NCBI GenBank assembly: GCA_024639645.1
Contig: JAHEIB010000002.1
Span: 1-44,276, forward strand
Direction: 5' to 3'
Length of the DNA stretch: 44,276 bases
Origin: Deltaproteobacteria bacterium
Lineage (GTDB): Bacteria > Desulfobacterota > Desulfobacteria > Desulfobacterales > B30-G6
The notes under the pieces are model-generated. The model searched no databases, was not told the DNA's origin, and worked only from the letters and a program-made list of their open reading frames with translations. A program made the position numbers and the translations under genes. Every line of letters begins with the position of its first letter. The first letter of the stretch is position 1. Below are positions 17,514 to 25,421 of the stretch, piece by piece.

Positions 17514-18332
17514 TCATTTGATGTCGGGTTTTCGATTCTTGTAGGCAGGGGGCCGGTTTTCAAAATTGGCCATTACCGTCTCGATCTGGTTGGCTTGACC
17601 GATTATCTTCTTTTGAAAATGAGCTTCAAGGTCGAGACCATCGACCGAGCTCCCGTGCCAGGCTTTTTCCAAAAGCTGTTTTCCCGCAGTGATGGCATCC
17701 GGTGACTTGCCGGCAATCTCCTTTGCCATGTCAGCCGCCGCCTCGAAAGGGTTCTCGCAGATCCTGGTTACCAGTCCCAGACTGGCTGCCTCTTCGGCTC
17801 CCACTACCCTGCCCGTAAAAGTCAGCTCCTTGGCCACATCCAAACGTACGAGATCCCTCAGGGTCTGGGTGCCCGACATGTCCGGAACAAGCCCCCATTT
17901 GATCTCCATGACCGAAAACCGTGCATCCGTACCTGCCAGGCGTATGTCAGCCGCCAAAGCCAGCTGGAAGCCACCCCCATAAGCAGCCCCATGTATGGCG
18001 GCGATTACCGGCACCGGCATCTGTTTCCACACATACCCCACCAACTGGGCATAATTTGCCGGGCTGCCTCCAGGCTTGTTGAAAAACTTCAATCCCTGCC
18101 CACTGGCAATATCACCCATGGCCATAAAGCTTTCAAAGTCCAGACCGGCACAAAACCCCTTTCCTTCCCCGGATAGAACAACCGCACGAACCGATGGATC
18201 CGCCGAGACGGACCTGCCCGCATCGACGATTTCCACGAACATTTCCGCGTTGAGTGCGTTGTATTTTTCGGCACGGTTCAATTTGACATAAGCAACATGG
18301 TTTTCAATTGAAATCGTTACGAGATCAGACAT
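17514..18332 (-). CDS. enoyl-CoA hydratase/isomerase family protein
   Basis: 272 aa with the crotonase motifs GEGKGFCAGLD and AAIHGAAYGGGFQLALAADIR. Confidence 0.88.
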   Translation of the reverse strand: MSDLVTISIENHVAYVKLNRAEKYNALNAEMFVEIVDAGRSVSADPSVRAVVLSGEGKGFCAGLDFESFMAMGDIASGQGLKFFNKPGGSPANYAQLVGYVWKQMPVPVIAAIHGAAYGGGFQLALAADIRLAGTDARFSVMEIKWGLVPDMSGTQTLRDLVRLDVAKELTFTGRVVGAEEAASLGLVTRICENPFEAAADMAKEIAGKSPDAITAGKQLLEKAWHGSSVDGLDLEAHFQKKIIGQANQIETVMANFENRPPAYKNRKPDIK

Positions 18333-18452
18333 TTAAATTCTCTCCTAGTGAAATGTGATAAGTGCTTACGCGTCCAAAGACAATTCTGCTAGGGTCAATA
18401 TGAAATTATTCGATCTTATTTTCCAGTTTAAAAACAATGAGGGAAAAATGGA

Positions 18453-19025
18453 TTAAAGATTTCCTTTGAGTCCGATATCTTCCGCCACGTTTCTCATGCC
18501 CATAATGGTTTCCGTGATCAGGTCTCCGATATCCATGCCCAACAGCTTCGACCCTTTTTCGATCACTTCCCGGTTCACTCCTGCGGCAAATTTCTTGTTT
18601 TTCCATTTCTTTTTCACTGATTTTGTCTTCATATCCATCACACTCTTGGAAGGACGCACCAGCGCCGAGGCAGCAACCAAACCCGTTAGCTCGTCTATGG
18701 CGTACAAAACTTTTTCCATGGAGGTTTCCGGTTTCACATCGTTGAATATATCCCAGCCATGGCTGACCACGGCGCGTATGTATTCATCAGGCCAATTGTT
18801 TTCTTTCAGAATTTCAGGTGCTTTTGAGCAGTGCTCATCCGGGTACATTTCATAGTCGATGTCATGGATGAGACCGACAACACCCCATTTGTCAGGATCT
18901 TCCCCGTGCTTTTCTGCAAAATGCCGCATAACAGCCTCCACAGACAAGGCGTGGCTGATAAGGCTTTGGCTTTTTGTGTACTTTTTCAGTAGATTAAACG
19001 CGTCTTCTCGAGTCGGTGTGGTCAT
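18453..19025 (-). CDS. HD-domain metal-dependent phosphohydrolase
   Basis: 190 aa with the H...HD signature (SHALSVE..., GLIHDIDYE). Confidence 0.8.
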   Translation of the reverse strand: MTTPTREDAFNLLKKYTKSQSLISHALSVEAVMRHFAEKHGEDPDKWGVVGLIHDIDYEMYPDEHCSKAPEILKENNWPDEYIRAVVSHGWDIFNDVKPETSMEKVLYAIDELTGLVAASALVRPSKSVMDMKTKSVKKKWKNKKFAAGVNREVIEKGSKLLGMDIGDLITETIMGMRNVAEDIGLKGNL

Positions 19026-19054
19026 AATGTTACCTTTTATTAATATGAATGTTA

Positions 19055-19131
19055 AATTGAAGAACCTCGCAGCATGCGAAGCACTGCCAAACGACAGAAC
19101 CTGCAGGGAATGCGCTCGCTATTTCGGTTCA
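19055..19131 (+). repeat. Family-B mosaic miniature repeat, copy B1
   Basis: The sequence is aattgaagaacctcgcagcatgcgaagcactgccaaacgacagaacctgcagggaatgcgctcgctatttcggttca. Its 5' module is shared with B2 and B3, and its 3' module with B2, B4 and B5. Confidence 0.8.
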
Positions 19132-19141
19132 TGATTTTCAA

Positions 19142-19768
19142 TTATGTTGACCGTTGCATAGCAGCGGTAAACATACCTGCGCCAATCAAAGCCGTGCCAC
19201 CGCAACGATTGAACCATTTGCGTACACGTGTCTTCCTTATCGTTTCTCGCAGTTGACTTGCAAATAATGCATATAGAGCTGCATTTACCAGAGCCAAGAG
19301 CAGGAACGTCCCTCCCAACAGGAATAGTTGGCTAAGCACGGGTTCATTGGCGCTGATGAATTGTGGCAAAAATGCCACAAAAAAGGCGATTCCTTTTGGG
19401 TTGAGTGCCGTTACAATAAAAGAGCTTTTGAAAAGTGAGTGTGTTGAAATATCTTTTTTGCCATTTTTAATAGAATTTTTTTCAGGGTTTGCTCTCCACA
19501 GGTTGATCCCCAGATAAAGCAAATACAGCGCTCCAATCCACTTGAACAATGTAAAAAGAGTGGCAGAAGTACTCATAATAGCACCAAGTCCCAAAAGGGA
19601 GAGCGTCATTGCTGTAAAATCTCCAAACACGACGCCTGCTGCGAGGGGCACTACTGATTTACGCCCATGTGTGACGGCTTGACTTACAACCAGAATGATT
19701 GTCGGTCCCGGTATTACCAAAATAAGTATCGTAGCAAAAACATAGGTAATATAGATTTCCAAACTCAT
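19142..19768 (-). CDS. LysE/RhtB-family amino-acid exporter
   Basis: 208 aa, six hydrophobic segments, and an N-terminus (LVIPGPTIILVVSQAVTHGRK) typical of LysE translocators. Confidence 0.85.
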   Translation of the reverse strand: MSLEIYITYVFATILILVIPGPTIILVVSQAVTHGRKSVVPLAAGVVFGDFTAMTLSLLGLGAIMSTSATLFTLFKWIGALYLLYLGINLWRANPEKNSIKNGKKDISTHSLFKSSFIVTALNPKGIAFFVAFLPQFISANEPVLSQLFLLGGTFLLLALVNAALYALFASQLRETIRKTRVRKWFNRCGGTALIGAGMFTAAMQRST

Positions 19769-19826
19769 TCCTGTCTCCTTCTATGTGGCTAGCTTTTTGT
19801 TGTATCACTGTTTATAACGCTTGTCA

Positions 19827-19912
19827 TAATAATGCTCCGAAAATAGGATGGCGGCATAAGGGATTATACCAGAAAAACGGTCCTCAATCGGAACGTTTTT
19901 CTGACAAACCCT
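19827..19912. repeat. Family-A hairpin repeat, copy 2 (long form)
   Basis: The sequence is ataataatgctccgaaaataggatggcggcataagggattataccagaaaaacggtcctcaatcggaacgtttttctgacaaaccc. It has the same orientation as copy 1. Confidence 0.8.
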
Positions 19913-19973
19913 ATAGATTGATCTCTTGAGATACAAAACAGTCTTTAACCACATTGTTTCCCGCCAATGTCTT

Positions 19974-21206
19974 TTATCGTCTATCTTTTTCCGGAGGCGG
20001 TTGTAGAAAGCTGGTCAGCAAGACCGCGCCTCCTGTTAATGAGGCACACAACCAAAACGCCATGCTGAAGGTGCCGCTGCTGTCTGCCATAAAACCCGCT
20101 ACCGCGGGTCCTGTAATCTGGCCTACACCAAAAAACAAAGTAATAAATCCAAACGCCTTTACTGCTCGAACAGGTCCTGTGTAATCTCCAACAGCAGCCG
20201 ACATGATGGTTGGGATACTCCACACTACCAGGCCAAATATACCGATGGATGCATATAAAAAAAGATTAGAAAGCTTTGCCGCCACCAATACATATGAAAT
20301 AGTGAACAATGTGTAAACCAGGATCATGCCTGTCTTCCGCCCTAACCTGTCAGACAGCCATCCGAACAATGGGCCGGAGAAAATTGACAGCCCGCCGACA
20401 ACGGCCCAGAAAGTGCCCGCTGTATTCTCTCCGAAACCACGTTCATTGATCATGGTTGTCACGATAAAAGTTGCATAGACTACATATGTAGCACCAAAAA
20501 GGGCGTAAATGCAGCCCAGATGGACCAGGGTCCATGTGTTGGCATTCTTTTCCTTCGTGGGATATTTCCCAGAAAGTATGGGTGCCGATTCAGTATCACC
20601 TATCGGAGTGAGTCCCTTTTCACCGGGTTCATTGCGCAGAAAAAAGGCTGCAACAGCTGAGATGGCAAGCGAAATTGCACCAATGGTCAACCAACCAGTC
20701 CGCCAGCCTTCAGCCCCCATGGAAGCATTGACCCAGGGAATGAAAAGTCCAGCAAATACGATGGCAATCCCATTGCCTGAAAGCATAAAACCGGCTGCCC
20801 GACCCCGGCTGCTTTTCAAAAACCAATGGGAGACCAGTCCCATCATGGGTACATTGGCCAGCCCGGTTCCAATTCCGGTGGCAACATATAGAATCAAAAC
20901 GTCAAAAAAACCCATGGCCCTGCCGATAAAAACCATGGAGCTTCCCACAATTAAGAGCCCCAAAGATATCGTCCACCGGGCACCAATTGATCTTGCGACA
21001 ATACCTGCCAGAACAACCGAAACCATATATCCCACAAAATTACCCGTGCCAATGAGCCCCATCTGGGAATAACTTAATTTAAGAGAGCTCCCCATGGAGG
21101 GTAAAAGCATACCCAAAGAAAAGCGACCCAGGCCCAAGCAAGAAAAAAGAACGGCAGTGCCTGTAATAATGACAACCCAGCCATAATGCACTTTTATTTC
21201 CCCCAT
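19974..21206 (-). CDS. MFS transporter
   Basis: 410 aa with about 12 hydrophobic segments and an MFS-type loop (VARSIGARW). Confidence 0.85.
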   Translation of the reverse strand: MGEIKVHYGWVVIITGTAVLFSCLGLGRFSLGMLLPSMGSSLKLSYSQMGLIGTGNFVGYMVSVVLAGIVARSIGARWTISLGLLIVGSSMVFIGRAMGFFDVLILYVATGIGTGLANVPMMGLVSHWFLKSSRGRAAGFMLSGNGIAIVFAGLFIPWVNASMGAEGWRTGWLTIGAISLAISAVAAFFLRNEPGEKGLTPIGDTESAPILSGKYPTKEKNANTWTLVHLGCIYALFGATYVVYATFIVTTMINERGFGENTAGTFWAVVGGLSIFSGPLFGWLSDRLGRKTGMILVYTLFTISYVLVAAKLSNLFLYASIGIFGLVVWSIPTIMSAAVGDYTGPVRAVKAFGFITLFFGVGQITGPAVAGFMADSSGTFSMAFWLCASLTGGAVLLTSFLQPPPEKDRR

Positions 21207-21356
21207 CTTACAGATCTATGGCTTTCAATATCCCCTTTATATACCATTATGAGACTATCAATTTTTTTATGATACAATCAAACGTATTTCCGTTATCAAA
21301 TTTGCTTGATATGTTTTGGCCGCCCTTCTGTAAAGCGCTGTGGGGTCGTAAAAGAC

Positions 21357-21399
21357 AATGAGCGGTAAGCTCCCAAATACATAAAGCTTACCGCTCATT
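21357..21399 (-). terminator. hairpin terminator candidate downstream of rubrerythrin
   Basis: A 15-bp perfect stem (aatgagcggtaagct / agcttaccgctcatt) with a 13-nt loop. On the minus strand it is followed by gtctttta. Confidence 0.5.
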
Positions 21400-21544
21400 G
21401 CGTACCTTCCGAACCTTCATCCTTAATCTTAAGACCATTTCTATCTTGAGGAATTGAACCGCAACAGTAAGCACATTCTCCGTGGGTTCAAACGCAAGCG
21501 TAACAAGAAGATTGGGACAAAAATCATTTGTTAATGGTTTCGGC

Positions 21545-22120
21545 TTACCAGTTTTCTCCTAAAAGCTCAAAATGAGCCTGGGGATGCGCACAGGCCGGAC
21601 ACATGGCCGGTGCTTCTGTGCCTTCGGCCAGGTAGCCACAGTTTCTACAGCGCCACACAACTGCCTGATCTTTTTTAAATACTGTCCCGGCCTCGATATT
21701 GCCTGCCAGATCCACATAGCGTTTTTCATGCTGTTTTTCGGCAACACCAATGAAATCCCAAAGCATGGCGATGGCCTCAAAGCCTTCTTCCCTGGCCACC
21801 TTGGCAAAGCCTGGATAAAGCATGGTATGTTCTTCGTTTTCACCGGCAGCAGCGGCTTTTAGATTCTCGAGAGTCGTTCCCACAACACCAGCAGGAAATG
21901 ATGCACTTATTTCGAGAACACCACCTTCCAGGAAACTGAAAAAGCGTTTGGCATGCTCTTTTTCCTGATCGGCTGTCTCTGCAAAAATATCCGCAATCTG
22001 CACATAACCTTCCTTCTTTGCCTTGCTCGCAAAATAGGTGTATCGATTCCGGGCCTGGGATTCTCCTGCAAAAGATTTAAGCAAGTTCTGTTCTGTTTGA
22101 CTACCTTTCAATTCTGCCAT
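21545..22120 (-). CDS. rbr: rubrerythrin
   Basis: Taken from ORF 21545..22207, with the start moved to ATG 22120 (MAELKGSQTEQNL), which is preceded by AAGGAGG. It has diiron ferritin-like motifs (E..EH) and a C-terminal rubredoxin-type CRNCGY...CPAC. Confidence 0.9.
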   Translation of the reverse strand: MAELKGSQTEQNLLKSFAGESQARNRYTYFASKAKKEGYVQIADIFAETADQEKEHAKRFFSFLEGGVLEISASFPAGVVGTTLENLKAAAAGENEEHTMLYPGFAKVAREEGFEAIAMLWDFIGVAEKQHEKRYVDLAGNIEAGTVFKKDQAVVWRCRNCGYLAEGTEAPAMCPACAHPQAHFELLGENW

Positions 22121-22139
22121 TTGTTTCCTCCTTATCGGT

Positions 22140-22571
22140 TTAATTATGGGTTGACACTTTTTGACAATCCGGACAGATACCGAAAAAATCGACGCGGTGA
22201 TTGACAATCCAGTATCCTGTTTTCCGAATAACCTGCTCTTTCAGTTCCGTTATCTCGAGGTCATCTGCGTCCATTACCTGCTTGCATTTTGTACAGATGA
22301 CATGGGTATGCGGGTATGGCCGCTTTCCATCGTATCGATTGCTGCCCTTGCCGAATTCGAGTTCCATCACCACCCCCATTTCCTTGGCAAGAGAAATGGT
22401 TTTGTAGACAGTCGCCCTGCTGGTCATGGGAAAATCGACCCTGACCCTTTCATAGATCTGGTCCACCGTAGGGTGCGCGTCACTGGTTGTCAGAATTTCC
22501 AAAACGGCCTGCCGTTGGGGTGTCATACGATGCCCTGCCGCCTGCATCTGTTTTACCAGTGGATTGATCAT
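22140..22571 (-). CDS. Fur-family (PerR-like) transcriptional regulator
   Basis: It has the winged-helix N-terminus RMTPQRQAVLEIL and the Zn-site motifs HTHVICTKCKQV and CPDC. The start is either ATG 22571 or TTG 22589. It lies immediately upstream of rubrerythrin on the same strand. Confidence 0.85.
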   Translation of the reverse strand: MINPLVKQMQAAGHRMTPQRQAVLEILTTSDAHPTVDQIYERVRVDFPMTSRATVYKTISLAKEMGVVMELEFGKGSNRYDGKRPYPHTHVICTKCKQVMDADDLEITELKEQVIRKTGYWIVNHRVDFFGICPDCQKVSTHN

Positions 22572-22627
22572 GGTGTACGAATTTGTCAACGTCGATTTCC
22601 GGGGTATTGATGAAGTCGATCAATTAC

Positions 22628-22646
22628 AAAGAATGATTATCTCCAA
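22628..22646. promoter_or_regulatory. Fur/PerR-box-like operator upstream of the Fur-family gene
   Basis: The minus strand reads GGAGATAATCATTCTTT. GATAATCATT is an exact 10-mer of the 19-bp Fur-box consensus GATAATGATAATCATTATC. The site lies about 40-60 nt upstream of the candidate starts. Confidence 0.35.
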
Positions 22647-22697
22647 ATAATAGATCTCTTGTTTGTCATCGGGAAAATGGAATGTCAAGCAATAAAA

Positions 22698-23258
22698 TTA
22701 AAGCAGCTGCTTGAGGAATGACACGCCAAAACAGGAAGCGACAATATTCATTATACCCGCATCCATCCGGCTGCCATTATCCGACAAGGTGTTGCAAGGA
22801 AATTCACGCCAGTTTTTGTCTATGGACAATTCCGGCGCTGCTTCGTTGGAGAGGGTCAATGGCCAGAGCGAACAGGCCGTTGGCTTTAAATCCACTGGAG
22901 ATATCCGAAGATCGAGCGCCACGGAATGGAGCGCACAAAGTGTCTCACCTGAAGGTTTTGCATAGGTAAAGACACAGGATTCATCCTCGTTGGCGTCGAT
23001 ACAATAACTCGCATCGTCACATTCTTCAAACACATTTTTAAATCCATGATCATTTTTAATGCCAGTGGTATAGCGTGCAACAATGGGAAAACACCCTACA
23101 ATTCTATCAAGTTCTGACTGACTGACATGTGGTACGTATCTGGAACAGCAGGAGGGGCAATCCCTGCATACTTCTGGATGGCATTTATGACGAATGGTCT
23201 GCAGAGCGGCAAGGTCGACTCGTATGCCATGGATGGTCGGATTGAGATCATTTGTCAT
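22698..23258 (-). CDS. Cys-rich DUF3109-like protein
   Basis: Taken from ORF 22698..23435, with the start moved to ATG 23258 (MTNDLNP) because the upstream part is translated repeat B2. The pattern C..CRDCPSCCSRY ... C.F....GETLCALH ... KPTACSLWPL matches my recollection of the DUF3109 layout. Confidence 0.6.
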   Translation of the reverse strand: MTNDLNPTIHGIRVDLAALQTIRHKCHPEVCRDCPSCCSRYVPHVSQSELDRIVGCFPIVARYTTGIKNDHGFKNVFEECDDASYCIDANEDESCVFTYAKPSGETLCALHSVALDLRISPVDLKPTACSLWPLTLSNEAAPELSIDKNWREFPCNTLSDNGSRMDAGIMNIVASCFGVSFLKQLL

Positions 23259-23321
23259 GTAAGCATCTCTTTGTCTTATGATATAAATTTTTGATTTTGG
23301 CTTACACCACTCAGACAAACC

Positions 23322-23403
23322 TTGAACCGAAACAGCGAGCGCCTTCCCCATACTTTCTGCTGTTCGGCAGTGCTTCGCATGCTGCGGGGTTGGCGAGCGA
23401 ATC
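23322..23403 (-). repeat. Family-B mosaic miniature repeat, copy B2 (inverted relative to B1)
   Basis: The reverse complement reads attcgctcgccaaccccgcagcatgcgaagcactgccgaacagcagaaagtatggggaaggcgctcgctgtttcggttcaa. Confidence 0.8.
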
Positions 23404-23407
23404 CAAA

Positions 23408-24667
23408 TTAGATTCGATATACCGTTGGTCTGCAATTCTTGTCAATATCGATACCGATGGTATCCCCGGTTTTGAATCCAAGCGCCTTGAATCTTTTGAC
23501 GACCTCTTCATATCTGTCGGCATGCCAGTAGATGCTCCACAAGGGATTTCTTACCGTATCGATTCCATAAGCATCGTGGCTGCAGAAATTAAACCGGACC
23601 TTTTCCTTGGCGATCAATGTATCGGCTTCTGAAATAAAATAATCGGTGGTATAGATGTTTTTCTGCAGGGCTTTGGACAATCTGCGCTGCTGCTCGGGTG
23701 TTTCATCCAGATAGTGATTCGCCACCTGATAAAGTCCTTCCGGAACTTTGAGGCTCAATCCGAGGATGCCAAAACGCTGATGCATGAGGGCAAATTTCTC
23801 CATCTTGTTTTCAACATCTTCGATAATGGCAAGCACGTCCGCAATCTGCCATGCCTTATCTGTCCAGCCATGGTAAAGTTTTTCACACCCACTGATGATG
23901 TTCAGGTAGAACGCCCTCATATCAATCACATAAATGGGTCGTTCACGATAAGATCTGCGAATCCGGCATCTGCGGACCCCATCCAGAACCACAGAGCGTT
24001 CCGCCTCTGTCTGTTCAAGCATTTCAATGCCGGATATATCTTTGGCCTGTACGACATGAATCTGGTCCTCTTTATCGATAACGTATTCAATTTCACACTT
24101 GAAACCGAGATAATCCTGAATTTTTTTTGAGATTTCAAGCAGGTATATATTGTGAGGCGTCTGGGTAATGTATGGGTCATCTTGAAGCTTGCCGACCTGA
24201 TTTTTGCAGTACCCGAACTCCCAGTAATCGCCGAACATCTTGGCCATTACACTGGTACCCTCTATGAGGGGCATGACGATGATGCCTGTGGCTTCAGGAT
24301 CGATCTCCGGCGCATGGTAAAACTTCTGTTGACGTTTGACACTCAGGCTGCGCGTTGTCAGGGCCATTTTTATGATCCGTTTTCGCGCATATTTAACACC
24401 ACCGATGTCGGCATAGGTTTGCAGGGAATCAAAGGTACCACCCCTGTAGTACTCCTCCAGGGGGTTGGCACTCCGGGCCAGAATTTTATAGCTTTCCCGA
24501 TGCCTTTCGAGAAACACCTCGAGTTCTTCGAAATCATTATTTTCAAAATTCTGGGCCGGCACATAAAGAAAATCCGGAACGTTGAATTTCCCTTCCGTCA
24601 ACTTTTTCAGTAAGCGTGCCTTTTCAGGTATCTCTAATGTCATGGTATCCCTGAACAAAATCGTCAT
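23408..24667 (-). CDS. PEP/pyruvate-binding-domain (PPDK_N-type ATP-grasp) protein without a phosphohistidine domain
   Basis: 419 aa. The N-terminus (KARLLKKLTEGKFNVPDFLYVP) and ARSANPLEEYYRGGTFDSLQTY resemble the GGKxxxL..G.PVP and RSSA..ED..SFAGQ.DT motifs of PPDK_N. There is no GGxTSHAAI swivel-His motif. I do not recognise the C-terminal half. Confidence 0.6.
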   Translation of the reverse strand: MTILFRDTMTLEIPEKARLLKKLTEGKFNVPDFLYVPAQNFENNDFEELEVFLERHRESYKILARSANPLEEYYRGGTFDSLQTYADIGGVKYARKRIIKMALTTRSLSVKRQQKFYHAPEIDPEATGIIVMPLIEGTSVMAKMFGDYWEFGYCKNQVGKLQDDPYITQTPHNIYLLEISKKIQDYLGFKCEIEYVIDKEDQIHVVQAKDISGIEMLEQTEAERSVVLDGVRRCRIRRSYRERPIYVIDMRAFYLNIISGCEKLYHGWTDKAWQIADVLAIIEDVENKMEKFALMHQRFGILGLSLKVPEGLYQVANHYLDETPEQQRRLSKALQKNIYTTDYFISEADTLIAKEKVRFNFCSHDAYGIDTVRNPLWSIYWHADRYEEVVKRFKALGFKTGDTIGIDIDKNCRPTVYRI

Positions 24668-24830
24668 AAGATTTTATCGGTTTTCCGGTAGAGGATACAT
24701 TACACCCTGTTACCTTTGTTAGCCAGTTGTTTGGACCGGTATATTTTATTTCTTGACCTTGTCTTCTCGAGCAGGTAAGATCCTGACTGAGTACTCACTC
24801 GAACGCTGATCATATCATGGTAATGTCCAA

Positions 24831-25421
24831 ATGTCCAAAAAAAAAAGCGACATTTTGAAAACCGCCACGCGTCTGTTTGCACACAAAGGGTTCCGACAGA
24901 CATCTGTGGCCGAACTGTCCCGTCTGAGCAAAGCTGCGGAAGGCACCATTTTCTACTATTTTAAATCCAAGGAAAATCTTTTGGTTGCCGTCCTTGAAAC
25001 CGCCAGAAACACCATCATCGACGCTTTCAATAATGGCATGCGTGATAAGAGCTCCCTCTCTGGTATCGACCGGATTGAAACCCTGCTGGCTTTTTATCTT
25101 GATCTGACCGAGCATATGCAGGAAGAATTTTTGATTCTCCAGCGACATTTCCCATATGAAAAAGCTGAAGCGAATGCATTGTGCAGAGAGCATCTTGCGT
25201 CAATATACAACTGTGTATTGGACCATCTGGAAGCAGCCCTTGTATGTGGCCAGGAAGACGGAACCATTACTGCAGCACCCGGCAACAACACTGCCATGAT
25301 ACTTTTTTCATTGGTTGACGGCATTTCCCGTTTTAACACCCTGCGTATCTACGATACCAGCGCACTTTACTCAGATCTCATGATCATGTGCAGAAAAATG
25401 CTGACCTTCAGGAATGGATGA
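24831..25421 (+). CDS. TetR/AcrR-family transcriptional regulator
   Basis: 196 aa with the N-terminal HTH ILKTATRLFAHKGFRQTSVAELSRLSKAAEGTIFYYFKSKENL. Its stop directly abuts the SulP start (tgaATG). Confidence 0.88.
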   Translation: MSKKKSDILKTATRLFAHKGFRQTSVAELSRLSKAAEGTIFYYFKSKENLLVAVLETARNTIIDAFNNGMRDKSSLSGIDRIETLLAFYLDLTEHMQEEFLILQRHFPYEKAEANALCREHLASIYNCVLDHLEAALVCGQEDGTITAAPGNNTAMILFSLVDGISRFNTLRIYDTSALYSDLMIMCRKMLTFRNG

